64,000 bases of DNA from a virus. Lineage: Duplodnaviria > Caudoviricetes. Under the pieces are notes generated by a model. The model was not told the DNA's origin. It did not search any database and saw only the letters and a program-made list of their open reading frames with translations. The position numbers were made by a program, and so were the translations under genes. Location: positions 32,001 through 96,000 of IMG/VR virus record IMGVR_UViG_3300001528_000621; one strand, written 5' to 3'. Positions 30,491 to 40,568 of this stretch are shown here, piece after piece. Position 1 is the stretch's first letter. Each line of letters begins with the position of its first letter.

Positions 30491-30947
30491 GTATGACATT
30501 AACCTAGAAAACTATCAATATCGAGAGATCCCTCAGGCCATAGTTCCGTATGAGAAGAGGTTTGAGAGATCTCTTTCTACCGAAATCAAACGCTTTCAGA
30601 AAGAGTTAAATTGGACTGAAATGTGGACGATACCGGAAGTTTATTCTAGGTTAGAAAATGGATACCATTTCTGGGTACTTAGACCTAAAAATCAGATCAA
30701 AGGATGGATTTGGTTAGCTCCAGACGGAGAAATCAAAAATGCATATGTTTCTAAATGGTTGCGAAATCAAGGTTGGTATAGACATCTAACTTACCAAGCT
30801 TTAAATGAAGCTCTAGATTTGGATAGAGACACAGTCTACCTACGTATAGACATTTGGAACGAACCATCAAAGAGGTCTATAGAACAAATACTTGAAAGAA
30901 TAAGTTGTAAATCAAAAATCAGTAAAATAGAAGAATCGTATGAATAA
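30471..30947 (+). CDS. GNAT-like acetyltransferase
   Basis: YVSKWLRNQGW and WNEPS motifs. Confidence 0.6.
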   Translation: MIHQFYRYDINLENYQYREIPQAIVPYEKRFERSLSTEIKRFQKELNWTEMWTIPEVYSRLENGYHFWVLRPKNQIKGWIWLAPDGEIKNAYVSKWLRNQGWYRHLTYQALNEALDLDRDTVYLRIDIWNEPSKRSIEQILERISCKSKISKIEESYE

Positions 30948-31188
30948 GCTAGGAACACCGAAATTTGGACTAAACGACACTGAGGCTGTTAAGTGTGAAG
31001 CATGTGGAGGAGAGGTTTTTGAGGAAGGTTTGATGCTTCGAAAGGTTTCTGCTCTTTTGACAGGAACAGGACAGCCAGGAATTGTACCGGTACCGGTCTT
31101 TATGTGTGCAAAATGTGGACATATTAATAAGGAATTTTTGCCGGTAGGGCACGAAGATAAGGAGTCTAATGGAAACCTCAACCTTTAA
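30940..31188 (+). CDS. Small zinc-ribbon protein
   Basis: CEAC...CAKCGH. Confidence 0.7.
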   Translation: MNKLGTPKFGLNDTEAVKCEACGGEVFEEGLMLRKVSALLTGTGQPGIVPVPVFMCAKCGHINKEFLPVGHEDKESNGNLNL

Positions 31189-31519
31189 GCAGACTCTTCG
31201 TTACGTTCTTGTAGGTATTTGCGTACTTTGTGTAGCTGCTCTCATTTTCTTCGGTGGGACTAGGTATCAGAAAAGCAAGATAACGCCTGCAGAAAAATAC
31301 TTACAAAACCAGGTAGAGGTTGTTATAAAGCAAGTAAAGTACTGGAGAGAGGAGTATGATGGTCTTTTGAAAGAGAAGGAGATTCTACTCAATAGGATAG
31401 ACTCACTAGAAACGTGTCTTAAGGACCACAATAAAAACTACAATGAAAAAGTTACTACTATTATGTCTTACTCTAGTCCTAAGCTTGAACGCTTTTTCAC
31501 AGAACGTTACAGAAATTAA
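31169..31519 (+). CDS. Membrane-anchored coiled-coil protein (i-spanin-like)
   Basis: N-terminal TM helix followed by a coiled coil; overlaps the next gene by 77 bp. Confidence 0.5.
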   Translation: METSTFKQTLRYVLVGICVLCVAALIFFGGTRYQKSKITPAEKYLQNQVEVVIKQVKYWREEYDGLLKEKEILLNRIDSLETCLKDHNKNYNEKVTTIMSYSSPKLERFFTERYRN

Positions 31520-31868
31520 GGATACAAGCCACATTATACTATCTACAGAGATAGCTAGGAAGGTAGCTGTTGACTTAGTGGAAGGAGATAAAGCTAAGGA
31601 GGAAGTAAAGATTCTAAAATCAGAAAATCTTACTCTAAAACAAATAGTAGCCCTGCAGGATACCTTAGGTATCATAAAGGAGAATGAGATTGCAGATCTA
31701 TATAAACTACTTGAGTTAAACTCTGTTCAAACTAAGGGATACCTTGAGGAAACCGATAGATTGAACAAAGAGCTAGGCAAGCAGTGCAAACTAAAGACTA
31801 TGTTTGAAGTTACTACAGGAGTAGCTACATTGGGTTTAATAATCTCGTTAATTTTAGGAGGAAGGTAA
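31443..31868 (+). CDS. Exported coiled-coil protein with C-terminal TM (spanin partner-like)
   Basis: Signal peptide MKKLLLLCLTLVLSLNAFSQ, coiled coil, C-terminal hydrophobic helix. Confidence 0.5.
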   Translation: MKKLLLLCLTLVLSLNAFSQNVTEIKDTSHIILSTEIARKVAVDLVEGDKAKEEVKILKSENLTLKQIVALQDTLGIIKENEIADLYKLLELNSVQTKGYLEETDRLNKELGKQCKLKTMFEVTTGVATLGLIISLILGGR

Positions 31869-32291
31869 ATGGCCATATATGTTGGAAATAAGAGCCAAAG
31901 CTCTAGACCTGAGGATTCAGTATCAACGCAGCCGCAGGAGACAGATGAAACAAGAATGACGTCCTGGGCTGTATTTGCAAACAAGTATCCAAATCTTGCA
32001 GAAGCGTTTTTAAACTCATTTCAGGAACAGCTTGAACTTTTGAGTGCAAAAATGCTTGACTATGGTACTGGAAATATGAAAGCTGGTACTAACTTAGAAA
32101 CAAAAGAGGATATTCGATTTGCTCTTGAAGGTGTGTGGTTTAGGTTGAATGATAAGGTTTCTCGTTGGAAGAATTTACTTAGACTTAATTCAGATCCATA
32201 TAACGAAAGTCTGTATGACACCTTTATGGACATCGCTAACTATGCGATTATTGCAAAATTGATATCTAGAGGACTTTGGAAAGATAATTGA
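31869..32291 (+). CDS. Nucleotide-modification-associated domain protein (DUF1599/Nmad1-like)
   Basis: K..DYG..N...R.NDK..R..NL...ES..DT..DIANYAII. Confidence 0.75.
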   Translation: MAIYVGNKSQSSRPEDSVSTQPQETDETRMTSWAVFANKYPNLAEAFLNSFQEQLELLSAKMLDYGTGNMKAGTNLETKEDIRFALEGVWFRLNDKVSRWKNLLRLNSDPYNESLYDTFMDIANYAIIAKLISRGLWKDN

Positions 32292-33214
32292 TGGGGAAAA
32301 AGATACCTGAAAAAGTAAAGGAAATACAGGATTTCAAACTAAAACAAGAGGCTGGCTCTAAAAGCATAAGCTTTAGCCAGCTTTCTGTTTACTTGAATTG
32401 TCCGAAATGCTGGGAAAGAGCATACCTAAGGAAAGAGCAAGTTTACCAACCAAGTATTCATACTTGCTTTGGTTCAGCCTTTCACGAAGTTTTACAGAAT
32501 TGGCTTGGAGTTCTTTATAACGATACAGCTAAAGCAGCTGACAGTTGTCAATTAGATCAGCAACTTTTAGACTCAATAAAGACTCACTATGTAGTTGAGA
32601 GAGCTAAAATTAAGCAAGATTTCTCAGACAGTGCAACACTTACTGAGTTTTATGAAGACGGTGTTGCTATTCTCGACTACATAAAAAAGCATAGGAGAGC
32701 ATTGTTTCCTAGCAATAAAACAACCTGGCTTGTGGGTTGTGAAATTCCGATATATACAAAGTTAAGAGAAAAATTCTTCTTTAAAGGGTTTATTGATATC
32801 TTGACCTATGAAGAGGATAGGGGTGTGTGGAAAATTTGGGATATAAAGACTTCAACAAGAGGATGGTCTGCAGAGAAGACAGACTTTGTTAAGACATCTC
32901 AGGTCCTACTCTATAAAGAGTTCTTACACCGTCAATTCAATATACCGTTGGAGAAGATTGAGGTAGAATACTTCATAGTCAAACGTAAGATTATAGAGGA
33001 TGCAGAATTTGCAGCAATGCGTAAGAGAGTTCAGGAATTTGTGCCAAATGACGGACCTAGAATTCATAAGAAAGTTGTAGGGCAGGTAGAATCGTTCTTA
33101 GCAGAAGCTCTTGATATTGAAGGAGAATATGTAGATAAGGACTATCCAAAAAACCCTTCAGAAAAAAACTGCAAATGGTGCTTGTTTAAAGATACCTGTA
33201 GGACCCATGTATAG
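32288..33214 (+). CDS. PD-(D/E)xK RecB/Cas4-like exonuclease
   Basis: SFSQ..YLNCP, GSAFH, E, GFIDI, WDIKTS, Q..LY, C-terminal CKWC..C Fe-S cysteines. Confidence 0.85.
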   Translation: MMGKKIPEKVKEIQDFKLKQEAGSKSISFSQLSVYLNCPKCWERAYLRKEQVYQPSIHTCFGSAFHEVLQNWLGVLYNDTAKAADSCQLDQQLLDSIKTHYVVERAKIKQDFSDSATLTEFYEDGVAILDYIKKHRRALFPSNKTTWLVGCEIPIYTKLREKFFFKGFIDILTYEEDRGVWKIWDIKTSTRGWSAEKTDFVKTSQVLLYKEFLHRQFNIPLEKIEVEYFIVKRKIIEDAEFAAMRKRVQEFVPNDGPRIHKKVVGQVESFLAEALDIEGEYVDKDYPKNPSEKNCKWCLFKDTCRTHV

Positions 33215-33275
33215 TCCTTGTAATCTCAAATAAAGTAACTATCTTTATATTATAAAAATTAGATAAAACAATTAT

Positions 33276-34724
33276 ATGTCAAATCTTAAAAAAGGATATG
33301 TGGAACCTGGATCTCGGAAAAAGATACTACTTCTATCTGATGATCTCAGGTTTCCATCCGGGGTTGGTACAATTAGTAAGGAGATAGTTCTAGGAACTTG
33401 TCACAAATATAACTGGGTACAGCTAGCAGCTGGAATAAACCACCCTGATCGAGGTAAAATTATAGATCTTAGTGAATCTGCTTCTAAAGATACAGGTGTA
33501 CCGGATCCTAATATTAAGCTTTTACCTTCGGATGGATACGGTAATCCAATACTTCTTCGACAAGTAATAGCTTCAGAAAAGCCAGACGCTATTATGATTT
33601 TTACAGATCCTAGATACTGGGTTTGGCTATTCAGTATGGAAAGGGAGATTAGGAGTCATATTCCTATCATATACCTAAACATTTGGGACGATCTTCCATA
33701 TCCAATGTATAACAAAAGCTACTACAGGTCTTGTGACGGTTTGTTTGGAATAAGTAAGCAGACAGTTAACATAAATCGAGTAGTTCTTGGAGATGAAGCT
33801 AATGAACATACAATTAAGTATCTTCCTCACGGAGTAAGTTCTCAGTTTAAACCTCTTTCTAAAGACGATCCGGAACTGAAGTCTTTTGTGGACAGCACAT
33901 TCGGAAATAATAAACCAGAGTTTACTCTTTTTTACAATGCTCGAAATTTAGGTAGAAAGAGAACATCAGACATCATCTTAGCTTGGAGTGAGTTCTGTAA
34001 GCAGATACCAAAAGAGAAAGCAGATAGATGTCTTTTGTATCTACATACGGATCTGGTGGACAATGCAGGTACAGACCTCGGAGCTGTAATTCGGGCTTTT
34101 TGCGATCCTAACTACTGTCACGTTCATGTAGACCAGAATAGATATGACACTAAGACTTTGAACCTACTCTACAATATGAGCGATGGAGTCATTTTGATAT
34201 CTTCAGCAGAAGGATGGGGTTTGTCTGCTACTGAAGCTCTCAGGACCGGAAAAATGATCATAGGTTCAGTAACAGGGGGTATTCAGGATCAGATGAGATT
34301 TGAAGATGAGAATGGAAATTGGATTGACTTCAATAAAGACTTTCCATCTAACCATACAGGTCTCTACAAAAAGCACGGAAACTGGTGTATTCCTATATAC
34401 CCGAACAACAGAGCTCTTGTAGGATCACCTCAGACTCCGTATATTTTCGACGATAGGGTATCGGTAGAGGATACCGTAGAAGCTATTCTTAAGCTTTATC
34501 AGATGCCTAAAGAGGATCGAGAAAAGTTTGGAGCTGAAGGAGAAAAATGGGCTACTTCTGATGAAGCCGGGTTTACTTCTGAAAAAATGTCCGAAAGGTT
34601 TATTGAAGCTACAGACGAGGTGCTTGAAAGATTTAAACCTAGAGCTAAATATGAGTTCATTAAGGTTGATACAGAAAGACCTTCTACTAAAGTTGACTAC
34701 AATCCAGTATATTATAGAAAATAA
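33276..34724 (+). CDS. Glycosyltransferase, GT-B/GT4-like
   Basis: SGVG, PHG, NARN..RK, SSAEGWGLSATEA. Confidence 0.9.
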   Translation: MSNLKKGYVEPGSRKKILLLSDDLRFPSGVGTISKEIVLGTCHKYNWVQLAAGINHPDRGKIIDLSESASKDTGVPDPNIKLLPSDGYGNPILLRQVIASEKPDAIMIFTDPRYWVWLFSMEREIRSHIPIIYLNIWDDLPYPMYNKSYYRSCDGLFGISKQTVNINRVVLGDEANEHTIKYLPHGVSSQFKPLSKDDPELKSFVDSTFGNNKPEFTLFYNARNLGRKRTSDIILAWSEFCKQIPKEKADRCLLYLHTDLVDNAGTDLGAVIRAFCDPNYCHVHVDQNRYDTKTLNLLYNMSDGVILISSAEGWGLSATEALRTGKMIIGSVTGGIQDQMRFEDENGNWIDFNKDFPSNHTGLYKKHGNWCIPIYPNNRALVGSPQTPYIFDDRVSVEDTVEAILKLYQMPKEDREKFGAEGEKWATSDEAGFTSEKMSERFIEATDEVLERFKPRAKYEFIKVDTERPSTKVDYNPVYYRK

Positions 34725-35983
34725 TGAGTAAGATAATTTGTTATATATCAGCTCCAGTTGATTCTTACAGTGGGTACGGACGTAGAGCTCTTGACCTTGT
34801 AGAACAGTTAATGATCATAAAGCCAGATTGGGATATCAGAATTCTTTCTCAGAGATGGGGAGATACCAGAATGGGATATCTTGAAGATCATGAGAAATGG
34901 GAGATCATTAGTAAGCTTGTACCTAACATAACAACAAAGCCAGATGTTTGGATTCAGGTTACAGTTCCGAACGAATTTCAGGCTGTAGGAAGATTTAACA
35001 TAGGCATAACAGCAGCTATAGAGACAACGCTTTGTGACGTAAGCTGGGTTGAGGGATGCAACAGGATGGATCTGGTCTTGACATCATCAGAACACGGAAA
35101 ACATTCTCTCATAGATACAAGATACATAAACAACAATACCGGCCAGGAAATCAAGGTGACAACGCCGGTAGAAGTTCTGTTTGAAGGAATAGATACGGAA
35201 ATCTTCTATAAGAAAGACGTACCGGAAAAGACAGAGGTTTTAGCTGGATTGAAGAATTCCTGGAACTTTATTTGTGTAGGACACTGGCTACAGGGTGTTT
35301 TTGGAGAAGATAGGAAAAATGTTGGATATACTCTAAAAGCGTTTCTAGAAGCATTTAAGGACACCGAAGGGCAGGTGCCGGGAATAATTCTAAAGACCTC
35401 TTCAGCTACAACGTCGTACATGGATCAGGAATCAATTCTCAACAAGATCTATGACATTGTAGAGTCTGTTCAGTATAAGAAGGGTATACCAAACATCTAT
35501 TTGCTTCATGGAGATCTGACAGAAAAGCAAATGAATGACGTTTATAATGATCCTAGAGTAAAGGCTATGGTTCTTTATACAAAAGGAGAAGGTTATGGAC
35601 GACCGTTCGCAGAATTTGCTACTATCGGAAAGCCGGTACTTACATCCGGTTGGTCTGGACACCGAGATTTCTTGGATGAAAAGATGACACCTATGATCGG
35701 TGGAACACTACAGAAGGTACATCCATCAGCTGTACAGCCGCATATGATTTTAGCAGAAGCATCTTGGTTTAAGCCGGATGATTCTCAAGCAGTTGCAGGT
35801 TGTCGAGAAGTATTCAAAAACTATACGTCTTGGTTGAAGAAAGCTGAAAGACAAGGGATGTCTCTATCTGTTATTAAGAACGTAGGAGCTATGGGAGATA
35901 GGCTGAACGATATTCTTACTGAATATGTACCGAAATTTCCAGAAAATGTCCATTTGAATCTACCAGAAGAACTATTAATTTAA
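34724..35983 (+). CDS. Glycosyltransferase, GT-B/GT4-like
   Basis: SGYG, DRKN, TKGEGYGRPFAEF, WSGHRDF. Confidence 0.9.
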   Translation: MSKIICYISAPVDSYSGYGRRALDLVEQLMIIKPDWDIRILSQRWGDTRMGYLEDHEKWEIISKLVPNITTKPDVWIQVTVPNEFQAVGRFNIGITAAIETTLCDVSWVEGCNRMDLVLTSSEHGKHSLIDTRYINNNTGQEIKVTTPVEVLFEGIDTEIFYKKDVPEKTEVLAGLKNSWNFICVGHWLQGVFGEDRKNVGYTLKAFLEAFKDTEGQVPGIILKTSSATTSYMDQESILNKIYDIVESVQYKKGIPNIYLLHGDLTEKQMNDVYNDPRVKAMVLYTKGEGYGRPFAEFATIGKPVLTSGWSGHRDFLDEKMTPMIGGTLQKVHPSAVQPHMILAEASWFKPDDSQAVAGCREVFKNYTSWLKKAERQGMSLSVIKNVGAMGDRLNDILTEYVPKFPENVHLNLPEELLI

Positions 35984-35987
35984 GGAA

Positions 35988-36470
35988 ATGGAAGAAAAAT
36001 TTAACGAAACAGAACAAGAGGTTGTAAATTCATTTGTATGTTGTCCTCATTGCGGTAGCAGTCTTTGTTATCACCAAGATGAAGGTAATGGAGTAGAGTC
36101 GATGATATGTATGCAGTGTGGCTTTACTACTACAAATCAAATGCTAGAAGGTTCTGAAACAGAGAAAGCAGTAACAGCCAAGCATCCAACTCTTTACAAG
36201 GACCTTAAATTTAAGGATGTTCATGGTTTTATTTGGTACCCATCTGTAATAACAATACCGGGGGTAGGAATGGTTTACATCGACGGTTCATCTTCGGAGA
36301 ACTGGGAATGGACTTCAACGCCGATGAGGTCTTTGACTAGAAAAGAAAGAAGGTCTGGTAAGTACGGGAAAGAGCAATATATAGCTGTACCTTCTCAAAC
36401 TAAGCATTTCGGTAAAGATGGGTTTGTTCAAGCTCTTAATTCTTTAGGATTTTTTGGATATGAAAATTAG
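35988..36470 (+). CDS. Zinc-ribbon hypothetical protein
   Basis: CPHC...CMQCG. Confidence 0.6.
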   Translation: MEEKFNETEQEVVNSFVCCPHCGSSLCYHQDEGNGVESMICMQCGFTTTNQMLEGSETEKAVTAKHPTLYKDLKFKDVHGFIWYPSVITIPGVGMVYIDGSSSENWEWTSTPMRSLTRKERRSGKYGKEQYIAVPSQTKHFGKDGFVQALNSLGFFGYEN

Positions 36471-37116
36471 TTATGCTATAACAGTGTGTAACGAAGTTGA
36501 AGAGTTTAAAAGACTCTTTAACTTTCTTACATCAAACCAGTACTCTGTTCTAAAGGCTGGTGATGAAATTGTAGTTCTCGTAGATACTCCAAAACTTACA
36601 GCAGAATTGCAGATATTCTTGACATCTATTAAAGAAACTAAAAATGTTAAAGTTGTCTTTGATCAGGAAGGGTTTCAAGGGGATTTTGCTGCTTGGAAGA
36701 ATAAGCTGAACAAAGCTTGTAGCGGGGAGTTTATCTATCAGATCGATGCTGACGAGTACCCTAGTTTATCAACACTACAATATATTCATCAGGTTTTGGA
36801 CAAAAATCCAGATATAGAGCTTTTTGTTGTACCTAGAAGAAATACTGTAGAAGGACTAACTCAAGAGGACACACAAAATTGGAACTGGAAGGTTGAAGAG
36901 AAGGATGGACAGCAGCTTGTAAACTGGCCGGACTGGCAGTTCAGAATTTACAGGAACAACAGCTCTATTGTGTGGAAAGGTAAGGTGCATGAAAGGCCCG
37001 TAAACTACGAAAAGTTTGGATTCTTTCCAGATATGATGTGTCTTTATCATCCTAAGACTATCGAAAAGCAGCGTATGCAGAATCAGCTTTATTCTGAAAT
37101 TCAAAATGTACAGTAA
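36454..37116 (+). CDS. Glycosyltransferase family 2 (likely start ATG 36460)
   Basis: ISYAITVCNE, QIDADE (DxD), PDWQFR, GKVHE. Confidence 0.88.
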   Translation: MDMKISYAITVCNEVEEFKRLFNFLTSNQYSVLKAGDEIVVLVDTPKLTAELQIFLTSIKETKNVKVVFDQEGFQGDFAAWKNKLNKACSGEFIYQIDADEYPSLSTLQYIHQVLDKNPDIELFVVPRRNTVEGLTQEDTQNWNWKVEEKDGQQLVNWPDWQFRIYRNNSSIVWKGKVHERPVNYEKFGFFPDMMCLYHPKTIEKQRMQNQLYSEIQNVQ

Positions 37117-38293
37117 TATCACAGCAGTTACAGCTTTCTACGGTCAATATGAAATGACCAGAGATTTTCTGTTAGAATTTAAAGAACGGTTTCCTAACAT
37201 AAAACTGGTTGCAGGAATGCTAGGAAACTCTTCTGAATTTCAGCAGAAAATTATGGATGAGTTCGGAAAGGAATCTCAGTTTACTTTTGTCACTGGAAAG
37301 AGAGACAAGAGAGTGTCTTTCTCAAAAAACTGGGATTCAGCTATAAACGAGGTACAAACAGAGCTTTTTGTGTTCATCCACAACGATATGTACATTCACC
37401 GGGATTTCTTTAAAGTCCTAGAAGAAAGACTTTATCGTCTTGGACCTAAAGCATTTACTCTCTACACAACGGTGGAACCTTTAGAAGTTGGAGGAATGCC
37501 TCGACCTGGAAAGCTCTTAGCCCCTTTTGGTCAAATAAGAGAAGAATTTAAGGAAGAAAAGTTTAATGCTTTTGCTGAAAAAGCTATAAAGCAGGGAGAC
37601 ATAGAAAGCCCTGGATACGGATTCTATTTAGCAGGGTATCTTAAATCTCTACAAGACACAGGAGGCTTCGATTACAAGACCTTCAATCCAGCTTTCTGTG
37701 AAGATGATGACCTCATACTTCGAATCAAGACTAGAGGGTACGGTATCGTTCTATCAAGGCAAGCTCTTGTGTATCATTTTGGATCTAAATCTAGCAGAAA
37801 GAAGGCAGGAGATCAGATGTCAGATAGTGAGATAGAATCTAATAGGAGGTTTGCTGCTAAGTGGGGAATGGAAGCTAGATACCTGTGGGAATGTGGGTAT
37901 GAAAGTGAAGACCAGATCTCGATAGGAGTAGAGACAGTGGTGTTCAGAGCAGAAGATTTTTTGACAGAATGGGAAGCTTACTGTATTGAACCTCTAATCG
38001 ATTGCTTTATGCAACTACCTTCTACATTCAAGTCAGAAACTTTTACTTACTTTTTAGAGAGAGGTAAGATTAATAGTGAATTTGCACCAGATATCGAAAT
38101 AGAACAAGTAGGTCCGTCTGACATTAATAATCTCCTATACCTTTTTGGTCATCTCAGGTATGGACATAAAAACTTAAAAGTAGGAAGTAAGGCCCAGATA
38201 GGACCCTACATAGTTACAATTCACAGTTTACGGGAACAAGATAGAGTAGACAATACAGACTATTTATCTTTGCTTAAATCTAAGGAGTTATGA
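37106..38293 (+). CDS. Glycosyltransferase family 2
   Basis: FIHNDM, GGFD, FCEDDDL..R, VYHFGS. Confidence 0.85.
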   Translation: MYSNITAVTAFYGQYEMTRDFLLEFKERFPNIKLVAGMLGNSSEFQQKIMDEFGKESQFTFVTGKRDKRVSFSKNWDSAINEVQTELFVFIHNDMYIHRDFFKVLEERLYRLGPKAFTLYTTVEPLEVGGMPRPGKLLAPFGQIREEFKEEKFNAFAEKAIKQGDIESPGYGFYLAGYLKSLQDTGGFDYKTFNPAFCEDDDLILRIKTRGYGIVLSRQALVYHFGSKSSRKKAGDQMSDSEIESNRRFAAKWGMEARYLWECGYESEDQISIGVETVVFRAEDFLTEWEAYCIEPLIDCFMQLPSTFKSETFTYFLERGKINSEFAPDIEIEQVGPSDINNLLYLFGHLRYGHKNLKVGSKAQIGPYIVTIHSLREQDRVDNTDYLSLLKSKEL

Positions 38294-38691
38294 CAGTTAA
38301 AATGCTAGAAGAGACCATTAAGCAGGTAATTGTAGAGGCTACAAAAATACGTTTCGGGAAGTACAACTTCATTCTTAAGGTAGATACTAATGAAGATCCT
38401 AAAAAGAAAGGAGTAAAGATTCAATTCATTCCCACTGAGTTCGGTCAAATAAACTTTACAACCCAGAACGATATAGCTATTGAGTTGGAAAGTAGGCTTG
38501 AAAAAGGACTTGAACAGTTTGGACTTCGAGTAGAACGAGATAGAGGACTTAAGGATAAGACAATTATTGGATTTTTTATTTACGTAGAATATTTCGATCG
38601 GCTCATTAGAAAAGCTCTAGAAGGGCAGAATCCATCTAAAGTTTCGGTTGAACCTAAATCAACAGAAGAGAATGGAAACGAAGAGCTTTAA
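38290..38691 (+). CDS. Hypothetical protein
   Basis: ORF with N-terminal MLEETIKQVIVE segment. Confidence 0.6.
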   Translation: MTVKMLEETIKQVIVEATKIRFGKYNFILKVDTNEDPKKKGVKIQFIPTEFGQINFTTQNDIAIELESRLEKGLEQFGLRVERDRGLKDKTIIGFFIYVEYFDRLIRKALEGQNPSKVSVEPKSTEENGNEEL

Positions 38692-38869
38692 AGTATGTGT
38701 CTTATGCGCAACAGATCGAATACGGGAACTTAGACAAGATTGTGAAAAGCATAGGGTGCCTGAACATATCCAAGACGGTTACGAAGATATTATAGACAAA
38801 CTACTAGGTCTTCTCGGAATTACAGAAAAGCAAAAAGAACTTTTTTGGACTTTAACAGATCCTGAATAA
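38648..38869 (+). CDS. Hypothetical protein (likely start ATG 38672)
   Basis: Short ORF ending at a terminator. Confidence 0.45.
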   Translation: MNLNQQKRMETKSFKVCVLCATDRIRELRQDCEKHRVPEHIQDGYEDIIDKLLGLLGITEKQKELFWTLTDPE

Positions 38870-38888
38870 TTTCTCAGGATCTTTTTTT
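38856..38888 (+). terminator. Intrinsic terminator
   Basis: AGATCCTGA-ATAATTTC-TCAGGATCT followed by a T run. Confidence 0.7.
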
Positions 38889-38905
38889 ATCTTTAGCTTA
38901 CTAAA

Positions 38906-39340
38906 ATGAAAACAACAGGTATGATGAAAGAAGCGTTAGAAATGGTAAGATGCCCAAAGTGTGGTAAGCTTTTTCCAAAAGGTCGTAAAATGTTGGGATA
39001 CAATTATTGTATAGATTGTACTCCTCAAAGTATGATTAGGCCCGTAATAGAGGGACAGCTGGACGGAGAAGATGTTGTAACAACAGTAAGGCTTGTATCC
39101 CAACAGGAATATAATGCTATTCAGAGAAGCAAGAACGTAGCATATGGAGGACTTAGTGTAGATCCTGATATTGAGGAAGCACCGGATCTCTCAACATTTG
39201 AGCAGCAGGACGAAGAGATAAGACAGCTTAGTCCAGCAGATAGAGAAGCTGCATTACAGGCTGCAGAGAATGAACATCAAGGTATGAGTGAAAATGCTAT
39301 GGATGAACTAGAGCGGATGTCATACGAAAAAGATTTCTAA
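38906..39340 (+). CDS. Zinc-finger protein (DksA/TraR-like C4 pattern)
   Basis: CPKCG..FPKGR..LGYNYCIDC followed by an acidic helical tail. Confidence 0.55.
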   Translation: MKTTGMMKEALEMVRCPKCGKLFPKGRKMLGYNYCIDCTPQSMIRPVIEGQLDGEDVVTTVRLVSQQEYNAIQRSKNVAYGGLSVDPDIEEAPDLSTFEQQDEEIRQLSPADREAALQAAENEHQGMSENAMDELERMSYEKDF

Positions 39341-40023
39341 TGAAAGGAGTGGTAGGAAGGCCAGCAAAGGTGCTGATGCGAGAAGACATAGAACGTGCAA
39401 TGAGGGTAACTCTGTCTAACAGGGCAGCAGCAAGGTACCTGCACGTTTCTTATCCTCTTTATAGGCAGTATGCGAAGCTTTTTAAGGACGAAAACGGTAT
39501 TACTCTTTTCGAAAAGCATAAAAATCCTAGTGGAAAAGGAATACCCAAATTTGCAACATCCTTTACATCTACTGGAAAAAAGAGCCGATTTCACAAAAAA
39601 GAACCACCCATTGCTGATATATTAGCAGGAAGAGTTTCAGCTGCACATTTTAATCCTCAGCAACTTAAGTATAAGCTCATCTCTTTAGGTCTTCTTGAAC
39701 CCAAATGTAGCAGGTGCGGGTATGATAAAGCTAGAATATTGGATGGAAGATCTCCTCTAATTCTACAGCATAAAGACGGAAATTCAAACAATTGGAATCT
39801 TGACAACCTTGAATTTGTCTGCTATAATTGTGCGTTTCTAGAAGGACCAAACTCAGCTGTAACAGATAAGATGGTAATAAATGCTGAAGACGGTGTTGAA
39901 AGAAATGGAGCTAAACTTGATGAAACGTACGAACTTGACGATTACCAGAGACAATTCTTAAGTGAACTGTTTAATGATGAACCAAAAGAAAGACCAGGAG
40001 AAGAGTACATCTCTAGATTCTAA
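39340..40023 (+). CDS. HNH endonuclease with N-terminal HTH
   Basis: SNRAAARYL HTH; CSRCG...HKDGNSNNWNLDNLEFVCYNC. Confidence 0.85.
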   Translation: MKGVVGRPAKVLMREDIERAMRVTLSNRAAARYLHVSYPLYRQYAKLFKDENGITLFEKHKNPSGKGIPKFATSFTSTGKKSRFHKKEPPIADILAGRVSAAHFNPQQLKYKLISLGLLEPKCSRCGYDKARILDGRSPLILQHKDGNSNNWNLDNLEFVCYNCAFLEGPNSAVTDKMVINAEDGVERNGAKLDETYELDDYQRQFLSELFNDEPKERPGEEYISRF

Positions 40024-40288
40024 GAAGATACCGAGATGGTTACAAGGAACTATATCGCCGGGACGAAGAGAGCTTGAAATAGACTACATCGAAGGAGACG
40101 GGACAGCAAAGAATATAACTAAGGGAGGAGTACCATTCAGGTGGAAAGTGTTCAAAAGAACACAGAGACGCATAGCTGAAATAGAAGAGCTTCATGAGTG
40201 GATTGAAAAGAAGCATGAAAACTCGTCAGGAAGTACAGAAGCTTATCTAGATAGTCTAGAAAAGACTTTAAACTCTATGGTAGAATAA
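39962..40288 (+). CDS. Hypothetical protein
   Basis: ORF overlapping the end of the HNH gene. Confidence 0.45.
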   Translation: MNCLMMNQKKDQEKSTSLDSKKIPRWLQGTISPGRRELEIDYIEGDGTAKNITKGGVPFRWKVFKRTQRRIAEIEELHEWIEKKHENSSGSTEAYLDSLEKTLNSMVE

Positions 40289-40351
40289 AGGAGCTTAAAG
40301 GGAGATCAAAGAAAAGAATTATCTTTATATTTGATATTAAAACAGAGATTT

Positions 40352-40567
40352 ATGCAATTTTTACTAGTATATTTCGTTATCGGCTGTTTTGTAGGTTTGC
40401 TTGTAGAACTTACATGGCCTGATATAAGCCCTAATGAACCTTTAACGTTTGGAAGCAGACTTGTAGCTGTTTTCGGGTGGCCAGTAATCATAGTGATAAC
40501 TATCGGGTTTTTACTTTATACAGAGGACGGTGATGACAATAACCAACACTTAGGAGGAGCATATTAA
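40352..40567 (+). CDS. Small membrane protein
   Basis: Two hydrophobic helices with a WP motif; start after the TATCTTTA promoter. Confidence 0.6.
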   Translation: MQFLLVYFVIGCFVGLLVELTWPDISPNEPLTFGSRLVAVFGWPVIIVITIGFLLYTEDGDDNNQHLGGAY

Positions 40568-40568
40568 T

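Noticed and set aside
32288-33214. CRISPR-Cas system (Cas4-like gene)
   Set aside because: No repeat-spacer array or other cas genes in the window; solo Cas4-like nucleases are common in phages.
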